64,000 bases of DNA from Halieaceae bacterium (GTDB taxonomy: Bacteria; Pseudomonadota; Gammaproteobacteria; Pseudomonadales; Halieaceae). Position numbers and translations under genes: made by a program. Shown here piece by piece: positions 37,097 through 46,151 of this stretch; position 1 is the first letter of the stretch, and each line of letters begins with the position of its first letter. The notes under the pieces were generated by a model. That model did not search any database. It saw nothing but the letters and a program-made list of their open reading frames with translations, and was not told the DNA's origin. The stretch lies in NCBI GenBank assembly GCA_024640505.1, contig JAHEEV010000008.1, positions 2,977 through 66,976 on the forward strand, given 5' to 3'.

Positions 37097-38196
37097 GCAT
37101 ATCGTGCCAGATAGTAATCCTCGTCGCCGAACAGTTTGGACAGCAACATCAGTCGCTTGAAGTGGTGACCGACAACCAACTCATCGGTCATGCCCATGCC
37201 ACCGTGTAATTGCACCGCCTCCTGGGACACATACCGTCCAGCCTCAGCGAGTTTTACCTTCAAGGCGGCACAGGCAGCCGGCCCCTCCTCGCTGCCGTCA
37301 TCCAGCTGGATTGCGGCGTTATAGAGGAGTGAGCGCAACTCCTCAACTTTAAGATACATATCCGCCATGCGATGCTGCAGGGCCTGAAACTTGCCGATGG
37401 CCTGCCCGAACTGTTTTCGGGTGCTGGTGTATTCCACCGTCGTATCCAGCAAACACTGCATGGCGCCCAATGCCTCACCGCCCATGGCGACGATGCCGTA
37501 ATCGATGGCTTTTTCCAGCAGGGGCAACGCCTTACCGGTCGATGCCAGCTGGTCGTCAGCCGAAACTGATACACCATCGAGGTCGACACATGCCCCGCGA
37601 CTGCCGTCCACCGCGGTGAAAGCTTCCCGACTCACACCCGGGGACCCGGCATCGACGATAAACAGGGCGATATCGCCACCGCATCGTGCGCTGACGATCA
37701 GGTGATCCGCACAGTGACCGTTCAGCACGGCGATCTTTCTGCCGCGCAGTTGCCATTGACCACCCTCCTTGCTTGCCACCGTATCCAGCGCTGTCAGGCT
37801 ATAGCCGCTGCGCTCTTCGGCGAAGGCGAAAGCCCACTGGCTGGTGCCGTCCATCAGCCCGGGCAGATACGCATCGCGCTGGGTTTCGTTGCCCCCGAAA
37901 CGCAGCAAACCCCCACAGACCACGGTGTTGTGCAGGAACGGTTCGCGTGATACTCCATGGCCGAGAGCCTCGGTGAGCACCATTACATCAGTGGCAGAAC
38001 CGCCGAGACCCCCCTGCTCTTCGCTGAAGGGAACACACAGCCACCCCAGCTCGGCAAATGCGTGCCAACGCTGCGGGTCAAAGCCCATTTCTGTGCGGGC
38101 CAGTTCACGGTGGCGCTCCACGCTGCAATGGTCGGCCACATATTTGCCGACGCTGTCGCGTAGCAGTAACTGTTCGTCGCTGAGTGTAAATTCCAC
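37078..38196 (-). CDS. Acyl-CoA dehydrogenase family protein
   Basis: GTG start with GAGG 7 nt upstream. MEFTLSDEQLLLRDSV..., a middle beta-domain and C-terminal QLHGGMGMTDELVVGHHFKRL follow the ACAD pattern. Confidence 0.9.
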   Translation of the reverse strand: MEFTLSDEQLLLRDSVGKYVADHCSVERHRELARTEMGFDPQRWHAFAELGWLCVPFSEEQGGLGGSATDVMVLTEALGHGVSREPFLHNTVVCGGLLRFGGNETQRDAYLPGLMDGTSQWAFAFAEERSGYSLTALDTVASKEGGQWQLRGRKIAVLNGHCADHLIVSARCGGDIALFIVDAGSPGVSREAFTAVDGSRGACVDLDGVSVSADDQLASTGKALPLLEKAIDYGIVAMGGEALGAMQCLLDTTVEYTSTRKQFGQAIGKFQALQHRMADMYLKVEELRSLLYNAAIQLDDGSEEGPAACAALKVKLAEAGRYVSQEAVQLHGGMGMTDELVVGHHFKRLMLLSKLFGDEDYYLARYARLTAA

Positions 38197-38288
38197 CGTC
38201 GGACCTCAAAGCATTAAAGTTAACCTGAGCCCGCGGGCACGCCATGCAAGAGGCCATGGCGTCACAGATCAGATCTTCGTTGGCGCGC

Positions 38289-39719
38289 TCAGTCGCCCGG
38301 GCGCCAGAATCCGTGGAACCCGGCGGGCACGCGATGTGAGAGATGAACTTTGGCCAGCGGTCCCTGCGCCAGATCTTGCGCATCAAATATCAGCAGGCTG
38401 GTGAGACGGGTATCGAAACTGGTCGCCAGGGACAGCAGGTAGCCCTCCCCCTCGGCGGCGTTCAAGGATTTTGGTACGAAGAGAGCCTCGGACACCAGTG
38501 AACGGCCACAGGAATAGCGATCCTCCTTGCGCGTTTCATGGTCGTAATGGCCAATGGTGTTGAAGAAGTTGTCATTGGCCTCGAGATCCGATGTTAGGCC
38601 ACCGTCGGGCGATGTGTACCAACCGTGCCGGTAGGGCTTACCGAGGTAGCGCGGATCACACTGGGGGAACTCGGATTCGAACTCGTCTATCTGTTCGAAC
38701 TCCACCCGGGGCTCCGGCGCATTCATGTCGATGGTCCAGCGGGTCAGGCGGGGCTCGGTCTTGCCTGTGGATCCGCCATCCGGTGTTGGAAAAAGGGGCG
38801 CATGCTCCATCTGGCAGCAGTCCACGGAAACAACACCGCCCTGGTCAAAACCGTTCATAAAGTGAAAGGTGAAGGCCGTGTCCATTTCCAGCCAGCGAAT
38901 ATCCTCGGCAGTGCCCCCATGGCGCGGCAGAATGCCGATGTGCACCCCCTTCTCCGGTTCCCAGGCGAAGGGCGGCCCGCCCTCCATGGCCCGCTCCAGG
39001 CTACCGCTGATAGGCAGTACCGGAATCACGATATAGTTTTCGGTGATCACGAAGTCGTGCACCATGGAAGAGTAAGGGGTAGGCAGGATAATCGTTTCCG
39101 TGAGCACCCCTTCAGGGTTCACCTTGTGCACCGCCAGGTCGGATGCAAAAGGTCCGGTCGCCATATAGGCAAAAAACACCATCTCGCCGGTTTCCGGGTC
39201 AACTTTCGGGTGGGCGGTCATCGCGGTGTGCAGCTTGCCACGGAAGTTCCAGGAGCCGACGGAGTCCAGGGTGACAGGGTCGATTTCGTGGGGCAGATGC
39301 CCCTCCTCCATGGCCAGCAGGCGCCCGCCATGCCAGACCACCGCGGTATTGGCCAGGCCCTCCTTATCCACCAACACGAAATCGCTGTATTCCGGTTCAC
39401 AGTCAAAGGGGTTCATGGCATTGACCACGGCGCGCCCCTCACTGTCCTCGATATTCCACTTGGCGGTACGCACCCAGCGGTTGCGGTAATCAACCTTACC
39501 GCCTTTTATGTAGAAGGCATGAATCATCCCGTCACCAGCGAACAGGTGATAGTCACCCCTGGGCTTGAACCGCTGGTTGGGGCCATTGCGATACAGGGTC
39601 CCGTTCAGGTCCGCGGGCACTTCGCCCTCCACGACCAGGTCGTAGGCTTCGCATTCCATCTGGATCGGGCCCCAGGGAAAATTCAGGAAGGGGTTGTCGG
39701 TGGGCATCGGTTCAGCCAT
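38289..39719 (-). CDS. Carotenoid-cleavage oxygenase family protein (second copy)
   Basis: His contexts MIHAFYI, TAHPKVDP, MVHDFVIT, TFHFMNGF and GFHGFW. ATG at 39719 has AGGA 6 nt upstream and gives a length like the first copy. The ORF track extends to a TTG at 39788, which would add a signal-peptide-like N-terminus (see rejected list). Confidence 0.85.
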   Translation of the reverse strand: MAEPMPTDNPFLNFPWGPIQMECEAYDLVVEGEVPADLNGTLYRNGPNQRFKPRGDYHLFAGDGMIHAFYIKGGKVDYRNRWVRTAKWNIEDSEGRAVVNAMNPFDCEPEYSDFVLVDKEGLANTAVVWHGGRLLAMEEGHLPHEIDPVTLDSVGSWNFRGKLHTAMTAHPKVDPETGEMVFFAYMATGPFASDLAVHKVNPEGVLTETIILPTPYSSMVHDFVITENYIVIPVLPISGSLERAMEGGPPFAWEPEKGVHIGILPRHGGTAEDIRWLEMDTAFTFHFMNGFDQGGVVSVDCCQMEHAPLFPTPDGGSTGKTEPRLTRWTIDMNAPEPRVEFEQIDEFESEFPQCDPRYLGKPYRHGWYTSPDGGLTSDLEANDNFFNTIGHYDHETRKEDRYSCGRSLVSEALFVPKSLNAAEGEGYLLSLATSFDTRLTSLLIFDAQDLAQGPLAKVHLSHRVPAGFHGFWRPGD

Positions 39720-39778
39720 GGCGCATCCTGTGTAAATCGTTATCCAAGCAAGGGCTATGACCTTACGCTGTAAATTAA

Positions 39779-39802
39779 AATCAGTCAATTCTGTTTGTTT
39801 TT
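39779..39802. promoter_or_regulatory. Operator-like palindrome, site f (AATCAG-TCAATT-CTGTTTGTTTTT)
   Basis: Located in the divergent region between CCO 38289..39719 and TonB-dependent receptor 39895..42348. 32 of 38 ungapped positions are identical to site d and its flank. Confidence 0.5.
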
Positions 39803-39894
39803 AAAAGGGGCTTTTGATACTGTTTGTCAGCTCGCAATCCAAGGGCGTGCAAGTTGCACTCCAAAGACAATTATAAGCTTGAATTGGTGAATAA

Positions 39895-42348
39895 ATGACT
39901 ATCCAGCGCCTGGCTGCAGGTACCCTGCTATTGTTGCCCGCAATGGCGGCATTTTTATTGCCGGGCGCTGCACAAGCCCAGGAGCCGGAAACCCTGAAGA
40001 AAGAACTCGCACTGGAAGAGGTCATCGTGACCGCCAGCCGACGTACCGAACGTTTGCAGGAGGTGGCCATGTCGGTCTCAGCCTTCGGCAGCGATTTCCT
40101 GCAGGACAGCGGTATCAACGATCTCTCCAATCTGGAAGAGTACACGCCGAACTTGAAGATCACACCCGGACCAAACGCTCGCGCGACCTCTTTCAGAATC
40201 AGGGGAATCGGCTCGGCCGGCACTAACTCCGGGATAGACCCCAGTGTCGGCATTTTCCTTGATGGCATCTACCAGGGTCGCGCCGGAATGAGTATCAGCG
40301 ATCTGGTGGATGTAGAGCGGGTGGAAATCCTCAGGGGGCCACAGGGCACCCTGTACGGCAAAAACACTGCTGCCGGCGCTCTCAGTGTTATCACCAAGCG
40401 GCCCTCGACCGAGTTTGAGTCCCTGCTTGAACTGAACTACGACAGCAATGAAAAACTGGAATTGCGCGGCACGGTCAACCTTCCCCTGGGCGAGTCCGGA
40501 CACGCCGTCCGCCTGTCGGCGTTCGCCGTGGACGGCGAGCACCTGTATGAGAATAGCTACAATGGCGAGGGACTCAACGACGCCAACAAGTGGGGAGGAC
40601 GGGCCCGCTTCCTGCTGGATATGAGCAGTCGTGACGGCGATGAAGGCCTCGGCGAGTTCCTGGTCACCCTCGACTACACCAAGGAGGACAAGGACTGCTG
40701 CGCCTTCGCGGTCATCGACTATAATGGCCTGTCCCCGCTAAACACACCTGCAACCAACAACCCCTCTGCTGAATGGCAGGCCATGCTGGGACTTAACGAC
40801 CAGGGCAAACCCATCCTCCAATACACCGCCTTCGAGGATTCGGAAGGTTTTTCTCCACCAGATCCCGACCCCTTCGGCGATGACTACTGGCTCGACGGCG
40901 ATCTTCGCAGCAAGATTGAAGTAGGCGGCCTTGGGGTCGAATGGAATCGCGACATGGCCGATGGAAATACGCTCACCTTCATCAACGCCTGGCGGTTCTA
41001 TGAGAACGACAGCGCCTTCGATGGCGATTTCACCGCCTATGAGGCTTCTCTGGCTTCGGACCTGGTCGATCTCGACCAGTATTCATCCGAGCTGCGCATC
41101 GCCACTCCCGCCGGCCAGACATTCGAAGGTCAGGCGGGCCTCTATGCCTACTATTCCGAGTTTGATTCAGTCGGCGTATTCGCCCAGGGCCAGAGTCTGT
41201 ACGAAAATGCGATAGTCCGGATTGAGGGCACCACGATAGATGCGCCCATGTCGATTTTTTTCCCCAATGGTTCGGTCAACACCGACGACAACACCTATAC
41301 AACCACCAGCTATGCAGCTTTCGGGCAGCTGATATGGAACATAAACGAAGAATTCAGTGCCACTCTGGGTCTGCGCTACACCTATGAGAAAAAGGAACGC
41401 GAGGGAACCCAGACCAGCGATCCGGTTCCACCTTTCGATGTGGATCTCCCACCCATCGCCGGACCGAATGTCGAATACGACAATAAACGCAGTGATAGCA
41501 ATATCTCGCCTTCTTTCAACCTCCGCTACTTTTTCAGCCCCGATGTGATGGGCTACGCCTCGATAAGCCGGGGCTTCAAATCCGGTGGGTTTGACCAGCG
41601 ACGTGTAGCGGTGGGTAATGACGGGGAGTTCGACGAGGAAACTGCCACCAACTACGAACTGGGCTGGAAAACCACTTTGTACAACCGCCGCCTGCAGTTC
41701 AACGGGACCCTGTTCCTGGTGGATTATGAGGACTTCCAGGCCCAGTCCTTTGACGGTGCACAGGTGCGCGTCACCAACGCCGGAGACCTGCGCAGTTACG
41801 GTTCCGAACTCGAATTGGTATTTCTCCCCGTGGCCAATATGACCATTGGTAGCGCCATCGGCTACGTCAAGGCAGAGTACGAATCCTTCGACAATGGCCA
41901 GTGCACCATCGAACAGGTTTTTACCAAATACTATATCGAGGATGGCGCACAATTTGGCTCCCCGGGAACACAGAGTATCTGTAAGCAGGACCTGGCCGGC
42001 AAGCCCCTGGACAATGCACCGGAGTGGACTATCAGCTCCTATATCCAGTACGACTTTGACCTGGGTGAGAATCTGGTGGGCATTGCACGCCTGGAACACA
42101 GCTTTATTGACAGCTACTATCTTGACCAGGACCTCGATGAAAACCTGCAAAACGATGAAGTAAACCTGGTGAATTTCAGGCTGACCCTGGCCCATGCCGC
42201 CCGCAACTGGGAGGTGGCACTCTGGGGTCGCAATATGCTGGATGAGGAATACTACTCCTGGGGCCTGGATATTCCGACACTGGGTGGCTATGCCGGCATC
42301 GTCGCGCCAGAGGCTACCTACGGGGTCACCCTGCGCTGGATGAATTAG
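39895..42348 (+). CDS. TonB-dependent outer-membrane receptor
   Basis: Signal peptide ending AAQAQE. TonB-box/plug region LEEVIVTASRR ... VERVEILRGPQGTLYGKNTAAG. 22-strand barrel-type repeats. C-terminal ...TYGVTLRWMN. Confidence 0.9.
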   Translation: MTIQRLAAGTLLLLPAMAAFLLPGAAQAQEPETLKKELALEEVIVTASRRTERLQEVAMSVSAFGSDFLQDSGINDLSNLEEYTPNLKITPGPNARATSFRIRGIGSAGTNSGIDPSVGIFLDGIYQGRAGMSISDLVDVERVEILRGPQGTLYGKNTAAGALSVITKRPSTEFESLLELNYDSNEKLELRGTVNLPLGESGHAVRLSAFAVDGEHLYENSYNGEGLNDANKWGGRARFLLDMSSRDGDEGLGEFLVTLDYTKEDKDCCAFAVIDYNGLSPLNTPATNNPSAEWQAMLGLNDQGKPILQYTAFEDSEGFSPPDPDPFGDDYWLDGDLRSKIEVGGLGVEWNRDMADGNTLTFINAWRFYENDSAFDGDFTAYEASLASDLVDLDQYSSELRIATPAGQTFEGQAGLYAYYSEFDSVGVFAQGQSLYENAIVRIEGTTIDAPMSIFFPNGSVNTDDNTYTTTSYAAFGQLIWNINEEFSATLGLRYTYEKKEREGTQTSDPVPPFDVDLPPIAGPNVEYDNKRSDSNISPSFNLRYFFSPDVMGYASISRGFKSGGFDQRRVAVGNDGEFDEETATNYELGWKTTLYNRRLQFNGTLFLVDYEDFQAQSFDGAQVRVTNAGDLRSYGSELELVFLPVANMTIGSAIGYVKAEYESFDNGQCTIEQVFTKYYIEDGAQFGSPGTQSICKQDLAGKPLDNAPEWTISSYIQYDFDLGENLVGIARLEHSFIDSYYLDQDLDENLQNDEVNLVNFRLTLAHAARNWEVALWGRNMLDEEYYSWGLDIPTLGGYAGIVAPEATYGVTLRWMN

Positions 42349-42362
42349 GAGTCGCTATCATC

Positions 42363-43166
42363 ATGCCCCACGACAGCATCATCTCCACAGATCAGGGCAC
42401 CGGCCGTGTCGCAGCGGCAAAAAAACCGGGTTTCTACTACAACTGGGGGCCCCAGGCGTGGATCGACATGTGGATGTCGAACACCATGCTGGTGAAGAAG
42501 GCGATGCCGATCATCAGTCACACTTTCGTGCCCATTCTGCGTCTGTCCGGTGATAAGGAACAGGTGGATCGTGATTACGATGAGATCAAATCCCGTCGGG
42601 AACCGGTCAAGTGGTCCGACTCACCCAGGGAGAAATGGCGCAAGCGCTACGGCAATTTCGTCCGGGAAGCGGAGTGGGCCCTGCTGGAACTGCGCCGGTA
42701 CTACAGCCAGAAGCAGTACGAGGAGATTGTCATCGGTACATCCGTCGCCCTCTCCCACGAAAACTCCCCCGAATTTCTCAAGATGATGAACAGCATGTCG
42801 GACAAGAACAAAAACAAGAAGGCAAAGCCCTCAAAAGACGGCAGCCGTCGACCAGGGCGCTGGAGCACATTCCTGTTCGAAACATTCAATCCCGCCCATT
42901 GGCTCACGGGCCGGGCCACCATCACGGAATTCGACCCGGCCAACGGCCTTACCGTCATGGAGATACCCGACTGCGCCTGGCACACCTGCGGCCCCAGGGA
43001 GCGGCTACCCAATCCCGATGCCCTGCCGGAGGAAGGTTGCCTGAATATCTGCAAAGGCCCTTTCGAAGCGCTGTTCAATGGTGAAGGCGGTGGCCTGAAA
43101 ATGGAGTTCGAGCCGCATCTGCCGGAAACCTCCTGCACCGTGCGCATGAGCTGGGCGACCAGGTAG
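42363..43166 (+). CDS. Hypothetical protein with Cys-rich C-terminal domain
   Basis: Starts 14 bp after the receptor gene. No signal peptide. The C-terminal pattern PDCAWHTCGP ... EEGCLNICKG ... ETSCTVRMSW (C-x4-C, C-x3-C, C) faintly recalls the ATC-hydrolase-like fold family, but this is a weak recollection only. Confidence 0.6.
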   Translation: MPHDSIISTDQGTGRVAAAKKPGFYYNWGPQAWIDMWMSNTMLVKKAMPIISHTFVPILRLSGDKEQVDRDYDEIKSRREPVKWSDSPREKWRKRYGNFVREAEWALLELRRYYSQKQYEEIVIGTSVALSHENSPEFLKMMNSMSDKNKNKKAKPSKDGSRRPGRWSTFLFETFNPAHWLTGRATITEFDPANGLTVMEIPDCAWHTCGPRERLPNPDALPEEGCLNICKGPFEALFNGEGGGLKMEFEPHLPETSCTVRMSWATR

Positions 43167-43167
43167 T

Positions 43168-43374
43168 GTGTCCCTGTTGAGTGATTTTCTTGCCCCGCGA
43201 AAACGCCTGCTACGCCAGGCGCGTGAAATCAGGCAATTGAAAAAAGAGCTGGACGCGCTGCAGGCCCGGAACGCCAGCATGAGCGAGGGGATGCGCCGCT
43301 GCATTAACTGCGAGTATCGCATCGACTTCAAGAACCGGCAGGGGCAGGCCCCCGTCAAGATTTCCAACCCGTGA
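43168..43374 (+). CDS. Possible small protein (68 aa, coiled-coil N-terminus, CxxC)
   Basis: GTG lies 1 nt after the preceding stop. It fills an otherwise unexplained 225-bp gap in a tight operon. Most codons end in G/C like neighbouring genes. RRCINCEY motif. No homology recognised. Confidence 0.4.
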   Translation: MSLLSDFLAPRKRLLRQAREIRQLKKELDALQARNASMSEGMRRCINCEYRIDFKNRQGQAPVKISNP

Positions 43375-43390
43375 AACAGAGAGGACTACC

Positions 43391-44263
43391 ATGTCAGTAA
43401 TACTCGTCACCGGGGCCAGTACCGGTATCGGCCAGGCAACCGCCCTGCACCTGGCCAGTAAAGGGCACCGTGTTTTTGCCGGGGTGCGCAGCCCTGATAC
43501 TGCCACTGAACTGAAAAATAAAATCGCCGCCGACGATGTACCCGTGGAACTGGTCCAGCTGGATATCACCGACCAGCCATCCGTAGACCGGGCCATCAAC
43601 GACATCATGGCCAGTGCCGGACGCATCGATGCCCTGGTCAACAACGCCGGGATCGGCGGTGGACGTGCCGTGGAGGAAACGCCTCTGGAAGAAGTGCGGG
43701 AGGTCTTCGAAACCAATTACTTCGGCACGGTGCGTATGCTGCATGCGATTACCCCGATTATGCGTGAACAGCGCTCGGGACGGATCGTCAACATGAGCTC
43801 ACTGGCAGGCCGGATGGTTTTCGGCTGCCATGGACACTACTCCGCAGCCAAGTGGGCCCTGGAAGGCCTGAGTGAGGCCCTGGCCTTTGAAATGGCGGAA
43901 TTCAATGTTCGAGTGGCCCTGATCGAACCCGGTACGGTCCCGACTCCGGCCTGGGAAAAAGGCACGCCACCGCCGGACGATACCCATTACACCAACAGCC
44001 TGCAGCGGCTCGCCGCCTGGGCGACACATACCATGAGTAACCCTGCCGCCCCACTCGACGTTGCCGTTGCGGTAGCCCACGCCATCGAGTCCGACACGCC
44101 CCACTTCCGCTATCCGGTGGGACAGGACGCCATAGAAGATATTGCCGGCCGCTTCAGCGTCACCGACGATGAGTGGATCGAGGCCAATCGCCTGCAGGGA
44201 GAGGCCTTTTATGAGCGCTGGGAGGAAATCGTCGGGGTAGACTACTTCCGATACCAGACCTGA
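43391..44263 (+). CDS. SDR family oxidoreductase
   Basis: SD GAGAGGA upstream. TGASTGIG, NNAG, YSAAKWA. Confidence 0.9.
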   Translation: MSVILVTGASTGIGQATALHLASKGHRVFAGVRSPDTATELKNKIAADDVPVELVQLDITDQPSVDRAINDIMASAGRIDALVNNAGIGGGRAVEETPLEEVREVFETNYFGTVRMLHAITPIMREQRSGRIVNMSSLAGRMVFGCHGHYSAAKWALEGLSEALAFEMAEFNVRVALIEPGTVPTPAWEKGTPPPDDTHYTNSLQRLAAWATHTMSNPAAPLDVAVAVAHAIESDTPHFRYPVGQDAIEDIAGRFSVTDDEWIEANRLQGEAFYERWEEIVGVDYFRYQT

Positions 44264-44304
44264 GATTCACCTGACTCCGAAATTGAAGGAACCTACCGGA
44301 CAAT

Positions 44305-45093
44305 ATGAAGCAGATAGCGGGCCGCGTCGCGGTGGTTACAGGAGCGGGCAGCGGTATTGGACAGGCCCTGAGCCTGGAACTCGCAAAGTGCGGCGCGGAC
44401 ATCGCGCTGGTCGATATCGATTCAGGCCGCCTGGCTGATACCCGCGAGGCCGTTGCAGCGCTGGGCAGGAAGTGCAGCGCTCACGCTGTGGATGTTTCCC
44501 GCCGCGAGCAGATGGCCGCGCTACCGGATCAGATCCTGGCGGAACACGGGGCTGTTCATATTCTGGTGAACAATGCGGGGGTATCGGTAAACAAGAGCTT
44601 CGCCGAGCAGGAAGTCGACGACCTCGAGTGGATCACAGGAATCAATTACTGGGGCGTCATGTACGGCTGCAAGTACTTCCTGCCCCATCTGGAAAGAGCG
44701 GACGAGTCCCATATCGTCAACATGTCCAGTTCCGCGGGCTTGACCGGGATGAAGGGACAGAGCTCCTATGCAGCCACCAAATTCGCCGTGAGAGGACTGA
44801 GTGAATGCCTCTACGTCGAACTGGCCAACACCGGGGTTGGAGTTACCTGTGTCCACCCGGGAGCCGTGGCAACCAATATCCTTGAAGCCGCGCGCATGGA
44901 CCCCGCACACAAGAAGAAAATGCTCAAGTCCTTCCACCTGGCCATGCCGCCAGAGACCGCGGCGCGTCTTATTGTGAAAGCCATCAGGAAAAACCGGTTC
45001 AAGCTTGTGTTCTGTGTCGATTCCAGAGTACTGAATTTTATGCAGCGCGTGGCGCCCATCGGTACGCTGAAGCTCATGCGGCTGCTCGCCTGA
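44305..45093 (+). CDS. SDR family oxidoreductase
   Basis: TGAGSGIG, NNAG, YAATKFA. Confidence 0.9.
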   Translation: MKQIAGRVAVVTGAGSGIGQALSLELAKCGADIALVDIDSGRLADTREAVAALGRKCSAHAVDVSRREQMAALPDQILAEHGAVHILVNNAGVSVNKSFAEQEVDDLEWITGINYWGVMYGCKYFLPHLERADESHIVNMSSSAGLTGMKGQSSYAATKFAVRGLSECLYVELANTGVGVTCVHPGAVATNILEAARMDPAHKKKMLKSFHLAMPPETAARLIVKAIRKNRFKLVFCVDSRVLNFMQRVAPIGTLKLMRLLA

Positions 45094-45107
45094 GACGGAT
45101 GCCGGAT

Positions 45108-46139
45108 TTACAAGCGGGTCAGAACCTTGCACTGATGACTGGGTGTGCGCAGCGCCTCGAAAGCTTCGGGCAGTTGCTCCAGGTCGACCACGTCCGTGAT
45201 CATGGGTGATATGTCGATACGCCCCTCCCCCAGCATGGCGATACAGGTCTCGAAGTCATCCCGTGTGTAGGCGATGGCGAACTGGATATGCAGTTCCTTC
45301 ACCAGACCGAAGAAAGGCATGATGGCGTCGGGTTGTTCGCACACACCCACCGGAATGATCTTGCCGCGCTGTGGCGCCATTTCGATACACTGCTGCAGTA
45401 GTCCCGGTGCCCCGACACACTCGAAGATGATATCCGGTGGGCCTCCGGCCACATCGCTGAACTGGGCCAGCAGGGTCTCCGCATCGGCAGAGGGATCCGG
45501 CTGAATTACGCCGGTGGCACCCATCTTCCTGGCCAGTTCCGCCCGCGTATCCGCCATCTCACTGACCACCACCTCTCGAGCGCCAAAAAACCGCGCCCAC
45601 AGAGCGACGGTCAAACCTATCGGCCCGGCGCCGATCACCATCACCCGGCTGCCCGCCTTGAGGTCAGACACCCGCACTGCGTGAATACCCACGGCCAGGG
45701 GCTCAATCAGCGCAGCCCGTTCCAGTTCCAGGTTGTCCGGCAGCAGCAGGGTCTCCCGGGAACCGGCATTGACGTACTCGGCAAACCCGCCGGGGGAATT
45801 GACGCCGGACAGAAGTTTGTCCTGACACTCGAAGAAACGGCCGGTAGCGCAGGCGGCACAATGACCACAGGCCAGAAACGGGATAGAACATACTCTGTCC
45901 CCGACTTCCCAGTTGCCATCCGCCCTGGGTCCCACCTCGACGATTTCGCCCACATATTCGTGACCAAGAATCTGGCCGCAGCAGGCTGTGGTAAGGCCCT
46001 CCCGGGTAGCGTGGAGGTCGGTTCCGCAGATGCCGCAGTAACCCACTTTAATGACCAACCCATCTTCACGGGGTACGGGATCGGCAACGGACTCCACTTT
46101 CAGCGGTTTACCGACCTCTTTGAATACGGCAGCCCTCAT
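45108..46139 (-). CDS. Zinc-dependent alcohol dehydrogenase (MDR family)
   Basis: CGICGTDLH, GHEYVGEIVEVG, structural-zinc cluster CGHCAACATGRFFEC, Rossmann VIGAGPIG. Confidence 0.9.
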   Translation of the reverse strand: MRAAVFKEVGKPLKVESVADPVPREDGLVIKVGYCGICGTDLHATREGLTTACCGQILGHEYVGEIVEVGPRADGNWEVGDRVCSIPFLACGHCAACATGRFFECQDKLLSGVNSPGGFAEYVNAGSRETLLLPDNLELERAALIEPLAVGIHAVRVSDLKAGSRVMVIGAGPIGLTVALWARFFGAREVVVSEMADTRAELARKMGATGVIQPDPSADAETLLAQFSDVAGGPPDIIFECVGAPGLLQQCIEMAPQRGKIIPVGVCEQPDAIMPFFGLVKELHIQFAIAYTRDDFETCIAMLGEGRIDISPMITDVVDLEQLPEAFEALRTPSHQCKVLTRL

Positions 46140-46151
46140 CCGGATCTCCTG

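Noticed and set aside
39720-39788. A TTG start at 39788 would give the second carotenoid-type oxygenase a signal-peptide-like N-terminus (KVIALAWITIYTGCAMA), implying a periplasmic CCO next to the TonB receptor.
   Set aside because: This is attractive but unsupported. The TTG has no SD and sits inside palindrome site f, whereas ATG 39719 has AGGA 6 nt upstream and gives the same length as the cytoplasmic copy. With ATG 39719 the divergent region has the same size and motif position as the other five. N-terminal proteomics or signal-peptide prediction on orthologues would settle it.
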